64,000 bases of DNA, taken from the IMG/VR virus record IMGVR_UViG_3300010885_031309; one strand, written 5' to 3'. Below, piece by piece: positions 30,344-38,629 of this stretch. This stretch comes from a virus (taxonomy: Duplodnaviria > Caudoviricetes). Both the position numbers and the translations under genes were made by a program. The notes under the pieces were generated by a model. It did not search any database and was not told where the DNA came from. It was given only the letters and a program-made list of their open reading frames with translations. Numbering within the stretch: position 1 is the stretch's first letter; every line of letters begins with the position of its first letter.

Positions 30344-30598
30344 TGCTGTAGAGACCGAAAGGAAAGAAGCAAAGAGAAACGTGTTCCGGACCCGGGGGCA
30401 GTACCCGGCATCTCCACCTAAGTGTATTGGGTATATTTAGGTGGGGATGACACAGTTTCGACGGGGTAAAGAGTAACGGCGCGGACAGCACGGTAGATGA
30501 CGACCGTAAATCGCATAAAATTATAATTGCAAATAACGAGCAATTCCTGATGGCTGCCTAAACCGGCTATCGCGGTAGGACTTACCGGGCAACAGAAA
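30344..30598 (+). ncRNA. ssrA: circularly permuted (two-piece) tmRNA
   Basis: T-arm CCGGG-GGCAGTA-CCCGG plus CATCTCC-A-CC (30392-30418) lies UPSTREAM of the 5' end GGGGATG (30443). The 7-bp acceptor stem has G3.U70. D-loop TTTCGAC. Tag frame 30529-30561 ANNEQFLMAA*. Helix-2 pairings CGGGG/TTCCG and TGCTGT/ACAGCA. Outer ends are approximate. Confidence 0.93.
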
Positions 30599-30604
30599 AA
30601 ACCT

Positions 30605-30634
30605 AAATAGCACCTTCGGGTGCTATTTATTTTT
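30605..30634 (+). terminator. intrinsic terminator after tmRNA
   Basis: AAATAGCACC-TTCG-GGTGCTATTT hairpin followed by ATTTTT. Confidence 0.85.
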
Positions 30635-30694
30635 GTGTCTTTCTTTACTAGTAATCTAAGATTATTCATAAATACTGTGAGGGAGATATATATT

Positions 30695-30853
30695 ATGAAA
30701 CAGAAAAAACTTGTCAGAGAAGTTTATCGTGCTTGCTTAGAACACGATGTAGAAAAACTTGCTGAACTTCGTAAAGAAGAATTTCGCAAAATATTCAAAC
30801 GCAAGGCTGAAGGGAAAGCGTTCAACACACGATGGACATTGGTCAAAATTTAA
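30695..30853 (+). CDS. small basic hypothetical protein (52 aa)
   Basis: CATAAATA at 30667, GAGGGAG RBS, ATG 30695 ([11 protein letters not shown]...). The longer ORF-track start is unlikely. Confidence 0.6.
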   Translation: MKQKKLVREVYRACLEHDVEKLAELRKEEFRKIFKRKAEGKAFNTRWTLVKI

Positions 30854-30880
30854 CCCACACTGAAACTTTCAGTGTAGGTT
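30852..30880 (+). terminator. probable terminator hairpin
   Basis: AACCCACACTGAA-ACT-TTCAGTGTAGGTT. Confidence 0.45.
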
Positions 30881-30906
30881 ATTAGAGTCAAATAAGACAA
30901 TACTTT

Positions 30907-31785
30907 ATGACAAAATATCCAAAAAAATATAGAACAATTTGTATTTCGGATGTTCATCTTGGAACCAAAGATTGTAAAGCCGAGCAACTAAACAATTTTC
31001 TCAAACATAACAGTTGCGAAACACTATATCTAGTAGGCGATATTATAGATGCTTGGAAAATTCAGCAAAATCGTCTTAGATGGAAACAAAGTCACACTAA
31101 TGTAATTCGTCGCATACTAGGGCATGCCAAGAGAGATACTAGAGTTGTATATGTAGCTGGTAACCATGACGAATTTTTAAGACCAATGATGCCCTATGGA
31201 GTTAATTTTGGACAAATTGAATTGTGTAATCAAATAGTTCACTATGGAGTAGACGGTAAAAAATACTTTATTACTCACGGAGATTTATTTGATGGTATTA
31301 CTCGGTTGGCACCCTGGATTAGCTTTTTGGGTGATCGTGCTTATGATGTATTACTTAGATGGAATAGTAGATTTAATTGGATTAGACACAGATTAGGATT
31401 TGGTTATTGGAGTTTAAGTCAGTGGCTAAAACAAAGAGTAAAAAAGGCAGTAGACTTTATATTCAAATTTGAAGAAACTCTAACAGACTATGCTCGCAAG
31501 CGTGGATTTGATGGCGTGATTTGCGGTCACATACACAAAGCGGAAATAAAGTTGATTGATAATGTTTGGTACAGCAATACCGGGGATTGGGTCGAAAGTT
31601 GTACTGCTCTGTGTGAAACACACGATGGTGATTGGATGATTATTCAGTTAGTAGAAGATCAATTTCAGCCGGTGACAGTACGACCCGTCTATAGCGATCA
31701 AATACTAACAGGAGAACTGTGTGTCCTTTGGTTTGAGCAGAAAGGATTTTCTGTTTTACAATATCAAGATCGCGACTCAAAGTAA
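30907..31785 (+). CDS. plcP: metallophosphoesterase, PlcP / LpxH-like family (phospholipase C of lipid remodelling)
   Basis: ISDVHLG, LVGDIID, GNHD, HGDLFD, LGDRAYD, GYWSLS, VICGHIH, NTGDWVESCTAL all match the PlcP pattern. The last ~50 aa are read from the antisense strand of the inserted endonuclease. Confidence 0.75.
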   Translation: MTKYPKKYRTICISDVHLGTKDCKAEQLNNFLKHNSCETLYLVGDIIDAWKIQQNRLRWKQSHTNVIRRILGHAKRDTRVVYVAGNHDEFLRPMMPYGVNFGQIELCNQIVHYGVDGKKYFITHGDLFDGITRLAPWISFLGDRAYDVLLRWNSRFNWIRHRLGFGYWSLSQWLKQRVKKAVDFIFKFEETLTDYARKRGFDGVICGHIHKAEIKLIDNVWYSNTGDWVESCTALCETHDGDWMIIQLVEDQFQPVTVRPVYSDQILTGELCVLWFEQKGFSVLQYQDRDSK

Positions 31786-32605
31786 ATAGACTTTTAATCT
31801 CTACTACTAGGTTATCGTCTGCTACAAAGAAATCACAATAGTATCTACGAGTTTTTTCTTGCCAGTTGTACCATAGTTCTGGCATATCTTTTTTACGATA
31901 TTGTATTTGATTTTCTTGATATAGAGTTTTTAAATAGTCAAACCCAAACGGTTCGTATCCTTGTAGAGATATGACTTTGCCCGTTGATAGTGTATATTCT
32001 TTTCTTTTCTTAAATCTGTTGTAGCATTGCGTTTCAGCAATTTCCGGAACATGAGCAGGGTTATGAACTCCAAACTTATTAAAAAACTTTTCCTGCCAAT
32101 TTATAAAATTATGCGAAATCCCATGTCGTTCCATCATAGTGTTGATTCTTTTTTGTTTTACTTGTTCGTTACTACTGGGATTTTCTACTCCGTATTTTTC
32201 AATAAAATGTTTTTTTCTTTGTTCTGCCATTCCGGGCAGATTCATAGGGTTGTCTACTCCGTATTTTTCCTGTAGAGTTTGTTTGGCTAATTTTTTAATT
32301 CCTTTGCCTGCTACTTTGTAATCAGCAAACATACTATAACCTTCACTCATTCCGGGTATATCTATACTTTCAACAGCCGCTCCAGCTCTCCATTTTCTTT
32401 CCCTACCCGAAATTGGGCATAACGGAACAATATTAGTTTTGTTCCAATAATGCCACAGTTTTCTCTGTAGGTTCCACTCTGCTGGCAAGTTCATTTGAAC
32501 AAATTGGTTTTCTAATTCTTCAAACCAAGAAGCCTTGCGTAAGCTAAAGATTAGTTTCTTCTGTAGAGTAGATGATTGTAGGTATTCTAATATTTGTTGT
32601 TTCAT
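31640..32605 (-). mobile_element. free-standing homing endonuclease (KYGVxNP repeats plus C-terminal PD-(D/E)xK domain)
   Basis: Repeats QEKYGVDNPM / IEKYGVENPSS / KFGVHNP; LQGYEP; YYCDFFVADDNLVVEIKS. Inverted relative to neighbours, with its own minus-strand GATAAATA just upstream of the ATG. Confidence 0.8.
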
Positions 32606-32701
32606 ACTTTTATTTATCTAAATGATGGAGAAACCTATTAAATAATATACCTAACATACAATTAAAGATAAATACAATCAATAACAAATGGGTTCGATGG
32701 G

Positions 32702-32734
32702 GAAATAATTACTTGGACAAAAGAACATGATTAA
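32702..32734 (+). pseudogene. probable orphaned original 3' end of plcP (EIITWTKEHD*)
   Basis: No start codon in this frame. Fits the E-(I/L)-(I/L)-x-W ending expected right after DGxW, which is where plcP is interrupted. Confidence 0.5.
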
Positions 32735-32739
32735 ACACG

Positions 32740-32757
32740 CGATATGTTAACATATCG
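32740..32757. promoter_or_regulatory. perfect 18-bp palindrome CGATATGTTAACATATCG
   Basis: Read directly; intergenic, after the orphan stop and before a CATAAATA late motif (32767). Confidence 0.5.
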
Positions 32758-32832
32758 TCTCGCGCACATAAATATAGTAGTATATATTCAACCGACAAAT
32801 AAAGAAATCTGTGACAGTTTCATCAATTAAAA

Positions 32833-33723
32833 ATGCAAAAAAATATACTAATAGTAACCAAACTAGACCGAAACGAATACGAATCCAGTAGATTAGCGGA
32901 TAGTTTTGAGTCAAAGGGAATAAAAACAATAACGGCTCATCCGGATGATTTTGATATTATCGTGGACAAAAACATTCATACTGGATTAAAATATCGCGGT
33001 AAAGATATGAAATTACCCGATCTAGCATTAATTAGATTGGGTGCTGGAATACAACCATTTCAATTAGCGGTTGTTCGTCAATTAGAGCAATCTGGTGTCA
33101 CTTGTGTAAATCAAAGTGTATCAATAGAAACCGTCAAAGACAAACTTCACGCCAGTCAAATTCTTAGTAGACATGGTATATCAATTCCTAATACTATGAT
33201 GGTTAGATTGCCAATAGACGACGACTTGGTGAAAAATAATATAGGGTTTCCATGTGTAGTAAAGGTTGTTACTGGTAGTTATGGCGAGGGCGTATATTTG
33301 TGCGAGAAGCAACGAGATTATCGTAAATTAATGGAATTTATTAATAATTTAGAAAGTAAAAAAACATTAATAGTACAAGAATATTTGGGCGAAAGACCAG
33401 GTGAAGATTTAAGAGTGTTGGTAGTTGGTGGAAAAGTAATCGGAGCAATGAAACGCACTGCACCCGAGGGAGACTTTAGAGCAAATATTACCAACGGCGG
33501 AACTGGACAAAAATTTGAAGTAACTGATGAAATAGACTATTTGGCAAGAGAAACCGCTAGAGTATTAAATTTAGATATTGCCGGAATAGATTTGCTATTT
33601 GATAGTAGAGGGTTCAGAGTTTGTGAGGCAAATAGCAATCCTGGATTTAGTGGTTTTGAAAAATACTGTGGCGTTAATGTGGCAGATTTAATCACTGATT
33701 ATATTAAATTCAAAATTCAATGA
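32833..33723 (+). CDS. rimK: RimK-family ATP-grasp alpha-L-glutamate ligase
   Basis: DKLHASQIL, FPCVVKVVTGSYGEGV, VQEYL, DLRVLVVGG, DFRANITNGG, GIDLL, CEANSNPGF. Confidence 0.9.
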   Translation: MQKNILIVTKLDRNEYESSRLADSFESKGIKTITAHPDDFDIIVDKNIHTGLKYRGKDMKLPDLALIRLGAGIQPFQLAVVRQLEQSGVTCVNQSVSIETVKDKLHASQILSRHGISIPNTMMVRLPIDDDLVKNNIGFPCVVKVVTGSYGEGVYLCEKQRDYRKLMEFINNLESKKTLIVQEYLGERPGEDLRVLVVGGKVIGAMKRTAPEGDFRANITNGGTGQKFEVTDEIDYLARETARVLNLDIAGIDLLFDSRGFRVCEANSNPGFSGFEKYCGVNVADLITDYIKFKIQ

Positions 33724-34724
33724 AAAAAATATTAATTATCACTGATAACATACATTCAGAACAGATTAATGGTGTAGTAACTACATTTCAAAATATTGAG
33801 CAACATGCCATAGCTGATGGATATACAGTTGAATATATTGACCCAACACATTTTAAACACTGTAATGCTCCGGGATATTCTGATGTTAAGCTGGCATTGC
33901 CTATTGGAATAGGAAAAAAAATTAAAAAATCAAATCCCGATCACATTCATATTGCTACTGAGGGACCAATTGGACTAGCAGCAAATCTATGGTGCTGGAA
34001 AAATAATTACAAATTTAACACTAGTTATCATAGTAAGTGGCCAGAATTTATTAAAAAGATGTATGGGATTCCAGAATTTTTAACATACTCGTATCTGCGC
34101 TGGTTTCATAATCATAGTGGAATAGTTCTTACTACCACTGATACTATTGTTAATGAGCTAAAACAGCATAAGTTTAAGAGTAATATTATTGCGTGGACAC
34201 GCGGTGTTGACAGATCAATATTTAATAGTAGTCAGCGAGATAATTCACTGAATTATAAAAGACCTATACTATTAAATGTTGGACGAGTAAGCATAGAAAA
34301 GGGACTTGAAGACTACTGTAGTTTACAATACAAAGATTGTACAAAAATAGTAGTGGGTGACGGCCCAATTAAAAATGAATTGGAAAAAAAGTATCCAGAT
34401 GTCATTTGGACTGGAACTAAAAAGGGCAGTGAGTTAGCTTATTATTATGCTAACGCTGATGTGTTTGTTTTTACCAGTGTTACAGATACTTTTGGGTTAG
34501 TAATGATAGAAAGCATAGCGTGCGGAACTCCAATAGTTGGATACCCTGTACCTGGACCACTGGACATAATAGACGCTAGAGTTGGATTTATTGACACTGA
34601 TTTAAGCGCAGCAATAGACAGAGCACTTCTATTGAATAGAACAGAAGTATTGGAAGCTAGTTATCGCTGGTCATGGGAAGAATGCTGGCGCATTTTCAAA
34701 ACTAATTTGATACCAATTAATTAG
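33720..34724 (+). CDS. agt: GT4 (GT-B) glycosyltransferase, Agt-like diacylglycerol glycosyltransferase
   Basis: QINGVVTT, IATEGPIG, TSYHSKWPE, WTRGVD, VGRVSIEKG, VVGDGP, ADVFVFTSVTDTFGLVMIESIACGTP. Confidence 0.75.
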   Translation: MKKILIITDNIHSEQINGVVTTFQNIEQHAIADGYTVEYIDPTHFKHCNAPGYSDVKLALPIGIGKKIKKSNPDHIHIATEGPIGLAANLWCWKNNYKFNTSYHSKWPEFIKKMYGIPEFLTYSYLRWFHNHSGIVLTTTDTIVNELKQHKFKSNIIAWTRGVDRSIFNSSQRDNSLNYKRPILLNVGRVSIEKGLEDYCSLQYKDCTKIVVGDGPIKNELEKKYPDVIWTGTKKGSELAYYYANADVFVFTSVTDTFGLVMIESIACGTPIVGYPVPGPLDIIDARVGFIDTDLSAAIDRALLLNRTEVLEASYRWSWEECWRIFKTNLIPIN

Positions 34725-34757
34725 TTTTTGTTCAGTTCTATAAGCATATGTGTTAAT

Positions 34758-34765
34758 GATAAATA
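34758..34765 (+). promoter_or_regulatory. late promoter GATAAATA heading the putative internal-protein cluster
   Basis: The same (G/C/T)ATAAATA motif recurs at 37644, 38163, 39890, 53739, 56548, 58750, 61153, 62546 and 63659, each shortly before a start codon. Confidence 0.7.
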
Positions 34766-34787
34766 CTTTATATTTTGGACCATAATC

Positions 34788-37211
34788 ATGGCTAACATCA
34801 GAAAATTAATTGACATTATTAATGAAACCAGTGCAGGTGCAACTTCATCTGGAAGCGTATCGGTAGTTGAGCAACCGTTATTGAAGCAAAGTAGAGTTGA
34901 AACTCCAGAAGCTCCGCAAATACTTGAATATGGAATGTGGGAGAATAGTGTACTTGCGACCAATAAAAAATTAAAAAAGACTCGCACTAAGGCACGTGAT
35001 GTGGTCAAGAAAATATATGGCGAAGACCAACCAGACAAGCAAAGTGTGTCAGAAAACTCAAAAAAAGTAGCAAAGAAAAAGAGCGACGGTATTCTATGGC
35101 GCGTAGAGCAATCAGAAGCAACTCTAAGATATTATGTTGTCAAGGGCCATCAAAACAAAGAATACTGGACCAATAAGCTAGGGGCTTCTGACTTTAATAA
35201 TAAATCTGATGCTGAAGCAAAAGCAAATGAATTGAATAATAAAGTAGATGAAGGATTCAGTGGTGCTGCTGCAGGAGCTATTGGTGGAGCAATTTTTGGA
35301 AAATCGCCACAGGCGGCTGTAACAGGAGCTAATATTGGTAGTAAAGTACAAGACATGTTTTCTAATGAAGATGTGGCGGAAGACAGCTTACAAGAAATAG
35401 GATACGCTGACAGCCTTGATGATGCTAATTATCCAATAGATAGACTTTTAAAAATCGGTAAGTTATACGATACCATTGAGGGCAATAAAGTAATGACTGC
35501 TGCCACGGGATCAGAAAAAGTGTATTTTTTAGTAGTAGATGATCAAGTTACTGCCTTCTTGGGATTCAAAAATAATCATCTAAAAAACATAAAGAATTTT
35601 ACAAAAACTCCGGGCGTTATCAGAGCGCTGATAGGGTGTTTAGTACACAAGCATGGTCAAAAAATCATTATTTCCAATAGTGAACCACTAACATCAGACG
35701 GTAAAAAATGGGTGCTTCATCTGATACAATCCCCGCGGGGGCTAAACATAGTAGATCAAAACGGCAAGCAGATTGATAGCAGATCGCTAAAACAAGAATG
35801 GTTAGAGGCACGAAAAACTAGCATACCTGGACCTACCAGTGTAGTAATTAGCGAGAACTATGAATTTGGTAATAAATTGCGAGAAAATGAATCGTTGAGA
35901 GAAAGCAATTCATTGCTTATGCCATATCAGTTTTACGACACAAAAATTAAAAAGCAAGTTGTGGCGGAAGCTTTAGTTAATGAAATAGGATTTGCAAATG
36001 AATTAGGCAAATTGTCAATGTCTGAACAAGATATTCTGAATAATAGCATCGTTGACGGACAAATAGGACAGCGAGATGTAATGAGATTTGAAATAGACAA
36101 TAATGCATTATACTTTTTTTCTGGAAAAAATAAAATTGAGGCTCTATTATTGTTAGATGGCTCCAGATTAGCAGCAATAAAAAACTTTACTCAAAATAAA
36201 GGTTTAATTCATGGTTTGTTTAATTACGTAGTGAACATGAAGAGAAAAAAATTAAGAATTGATCCTAATGATCAGTTGTCCCCGTACGGAATAGATTGGT
36301 TACTAAAACAGATTGAACGATCAGATGGTATTAAGATCACCGATTTAAATGGAAAATCAATTAATGCTGATGAATTGAGAAATGAATGGAATAAATCTAA
36401 ATCAGATTCTGATCAAGCCCCAGGATCAATCGGTATTATAATCGGTGAATCTGCTATGGGAAAAAGATTACGAGACAATGAACGCTCATTGATGCCATAT
36501 GACATATTTGGGGTCAATAAACATATTAATAAAGAGCAAGATGTGACGGAAGGCTGGAGCAAAAAGTACAAGCGTAGTATTGATTGCTCACATCCTAAAG
36601 GATTTAGTCAACGCGCTCATTGTGCCGGAAAAAAGAAACACAACGAAAGCATTGAAATGGAAATGATTTGCCCAGATTGTAATATGTGCGAAACACATGG
36701 CAACAACATGATGGAAGTCAAACAGCGATTAGATGCAAAATGCTGGGCGGGAAAACACAAAGAAGGAACTAAGATTAAAGGTGGGGTCAGAGTTAATAAC
36801 TGTGTTCCAAACGAAAGCGTTAGTGAAGATGGAATGTCATTCGGTAATATAGCTTCTGCTTCAATTGGTGGTGGAACAAGTAGCGGCACTAGTGATGGCA
36901 CAAAAATGTTTTTGGAAACAGAAAATGAGCCTAAAGTTAGACGATACAAAGATAACTTTGGACAAGATCATTGGGAAGTTTTAGACTGGAAGGGTCATCG
37001 CGTAATAAGTTTTACTAATCGTTCAGCGGCGCACGAATATCTAAAAAAGAATTTGTATCGTTTAATTGATACTGAAGAATTAGAAGAGGGTGAAAACAAA
37101 CGCATCAAGGGTGGCGACCCATGCAGAAAAAACTATCAAATGGTAGGCATGAAGCAAAAAAACGGTAGATCAGTTCCTAACTGCGTACCAGTATCAAAAA
37201 AGAAAAAGTAA
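34788..37211 (+). CDS. modular polyprotein-like virion protein: two ~190-aa paralogous domains plus several small Cys-containing modules
   Basis: Start moved to ATG 34788 (after the late promoter). EIGYA.../EIGFA... duplicated domains; CSHPKGFSQRAHC, CPDCNMC, CWAG..NNCVP, PCRKNY..PNCVP modules. Confidence 0.75.
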   Translation: MANIRKLIDIINETSAGATSSGSVSVVEQPLLKQSRVETPEAPQILEYGMWENSVLATNKKLKKTRTKARDVVKKIYGEDQPDKQSVSENSKKVAKKKSDGILWRVEQSEATLRYYVVKGHQNKEYWTNKLGASDFNNKSDAEAKANELNNKVDEGFSGAAAGAIGGAIFGKSPQAAVTGANIGSKVQDMFSNEDVAEDSLQEIGYADSLDDANYPIDRLLKIGKLYDTIEGNKVMTAATGSEKVYFLVVDDQVTAFLGFKNNHLKNIKNFTKTPGVIRALIGCLVHKHGQKIIISNSEPLTSDGKKWVLHLIQSPRGLNIVDQNGKQIDSRSLKQEWLEARKTSIPGPTSVVISENYEFGNKLRENESLRESNSLLMPYQFYDTKIKKQVVAEALVNEIGFANELGKLSMSEQDILNNSIVDGQIGQRDVMRFEIDNNALYFFSGKNKIEALLLLDGSRLAAIKNFTQNKGLIHGLFNYVVNMKRKKLRIDPNDQLSPYGIDWLLKQIERSDGIKITDLNGKSINADELRNEWNKSKSDSDQAPGSIGIIIGESAMGKRLRDNERSLMPYDIFGVNKHINKEQDVTEGWSKKYKRSIDCSHPKGFSQRAHCAGKKKHNESIEMEMICPDCNMCETHGNNMMEVKQRLDAKCWAGKHKEGTKIKGGVRVNNCVPNESVSEDGMSFGNIASASIGGGTSSGTSDGTKMFLETENEPKVRRYKDNFGQDHWEVLDWKGHRVISFTNRSAAHEYLKKNLYRLIDTEELEEGENKRIKGGDPCRKNYQMVGMKQKNGRSVPNCVPVSKKKK

Positions 37212-37230
37212 AAATATAACAAGACTGATC

Positions 37231-37611
37231 ATGCGAGCTAAAGAATTTATATTAGAATCCAACAGTGTTGTTAAAATAAAACAGCGACTTCCTAAAAATG
37301 CAGAGTCTGCAATGACGGGTGCTCATAGAGTTGCCGGAACTCTAGATCGCACATACGACTTGAACAGAATTATGATGTTATTGGCTGGGACAGATGGTAA
37401 AAATCATACACACGCTTCTCCTCAAAGCTGGGCTGGAAAAAATAATACTGCACATCCATATACCGTAGAAGAACTAAAAATGCTTAAACATGTATATGCT
37501 CTTGCAAATATAGAATGGGATGATGTTATTGCACAAAATTCCTCTAATAAAAGCACTGAACTAGATGACACGAATAAGCGTAGTCCAGTTAACTCATTTA
37601 AGGGATATTAA
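37231..37611 (+). CDS. conserved hypothetical protein with MRAKEFILE leader
   Basis: 126-aa ORF; C-terminal SPVNSFKGY. Confidence 0.7.
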   Translation: MRAKEFILESNSVVKIKQRLPKNAESAMTGAHRVAGTLDRTYDLNRIMMLLAGTDGKNHTHASPQSWAGKNNTAHPYTVEELKMLKHVYALANIEWDDVIAQNSSNKSTELDDTNKRSPVNSFKGY

Positions 37612-37658
37612 TGTTACGCAGTGTTAAATGCAGATAGCATTTTGATAAATACTATATT

Positions 37659-38078
37659 ATGAAAACAGCAGAAATAGTATTACAAGAAAATGTTACGAGT
37701 GTTACATGGGCAATAACTTATTTCTCAGAATCTGAATTAAGAAAACCTGCGCTTAGAAGAGTAATAAGTTCAAAGGGTGGATTTGTAACACCAGATGCAG
37801 CGGAAGAATGGGCCAAGACTAACAGAGTTGAGATACAAACACTATACAAAGAGCGTAAAAAGCCAACACAAGAAGCAATAAACCCAAATAATAGAATGGA
37901 TGACATTCCAACAACTACTACGTATATGCTGTATAAAAATACGGGTAATACATGGACTCCAGTTGCAAGATATCAAAGTGAAGCTGAAGCAAGACAGGTT
38001 GGACAAGAGATGATGCAAGAACTTGGCGGTAAGTTCAAAGTTAAAAAAATACAGTATCCTGTAACTAAATATGAATGA
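37659..38078 (+). CDS. hypothetical protein with MKTAEIVLQE leader
   Basis: 139-aa ORF after GATAAATA (37644). Confidence 0.7.
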   Translation: MKTAEIVLQENVTSVTWAITYFSESELRKPALRRVISSKGGFVTPDAAEEWAKTNRVEIQTLYKERKKPTQEAINPNNRMDDIPTTTTYMLYKNTGNTWTPVARYQSEAEARQVGQEMMQELGGKFKVKKIQYPVTKYE

Positions 38079-38188
38079 TGTAAAATGCTGGTGCTTCTCT
38101 TTAGCATTAGAGTGGTTGGGTGTTGCTGTCTCGCGAACTACACTTTTATATATTATTTTTCTGATAAATACTTAAAATTGGAGTTATT

Positions 38189-38629
38189 ATGTTAGCCGAC
38201 ACGCTCAAAGTTATGTACGCTTCCACCTTTGTCTATTTCGTGAAATCGTTTGGATTTCATCATAATATTGAGGGTGAAAATTTCCCACAATACCATGAAT
38301 TTTTAAAAAACATCTATGAAGATGCACAAGATACATTAGATCCTCTTGCCGAATTAATTCGTCAATTAGATAGCTATACTCCTGGCAGTATTGCTCGTTT
38401 CTCTGAATTAAGTCAAATATCAGATCAAACAAAGATCCCACGGGCTGAATTAATGATGGCAGAATTATTCCAAGACAACCAGAAGTTGCTAGAAATGTGG
38501 AAGGCAGCATTCCCGCTAGCTGAAGAAGCAAATGAGCAAGGTATTGCTGATTTTATTGCCGGCAGAATTGATGCACATGGCAAGTGGGGTTGGCAACTAC
38601 GCAGCATTATGAAAAAGGAAAGAGCGTGA
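38189..38629 (+). CDS. dps: Dps / ferritin-like DNA-protection protein
   Basis: FHHNIEGENFPQYHEFL..IYED...D.LAELIRQL...HGKWGWQL ferroxidase pattern. Confidence 0.9.
   Translation: MLADTLKVMYASTFVYFVKSFGFHHNIEGENFPQYHEFLKNIYEDAQDTLDPLAELIRQLDSYTPGSIARFSELSQISDQTKIPRAELMMAELFQDNQKLLEMWKAAFPLAEEANEQGIADFIAGRIDAHGKWGWQLRSIMKKERA

Noticed and set aside
30391-30418. Stand-alone tRNA
   Set aside because: Only the T-arm and 3' acceptor strand are present; the partner strand lies downstream as part of the permuted tmRNA. No complete cloverleaf was seen elsewhere in the window.
30171-30669. Minus-strand ORFs 30171-30491 and 30418-30669
   Set aside because: Antisense translations of the tmRNA gene.
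31636-32701. Group I intron in plcP
   Set aside because: The ORF is antisense and fills all but about 100 AT-rich nt; no P/Q/R/S core elements were recognisable.
32756-38140. Shared GTCTCGCG 8-mer in two intergenic regions (about 32757 and 38129)
   Set aside because: Only two copies with dissimilar flanks, and CTCGCG also occurs inside genes; insufficient to call a motif.
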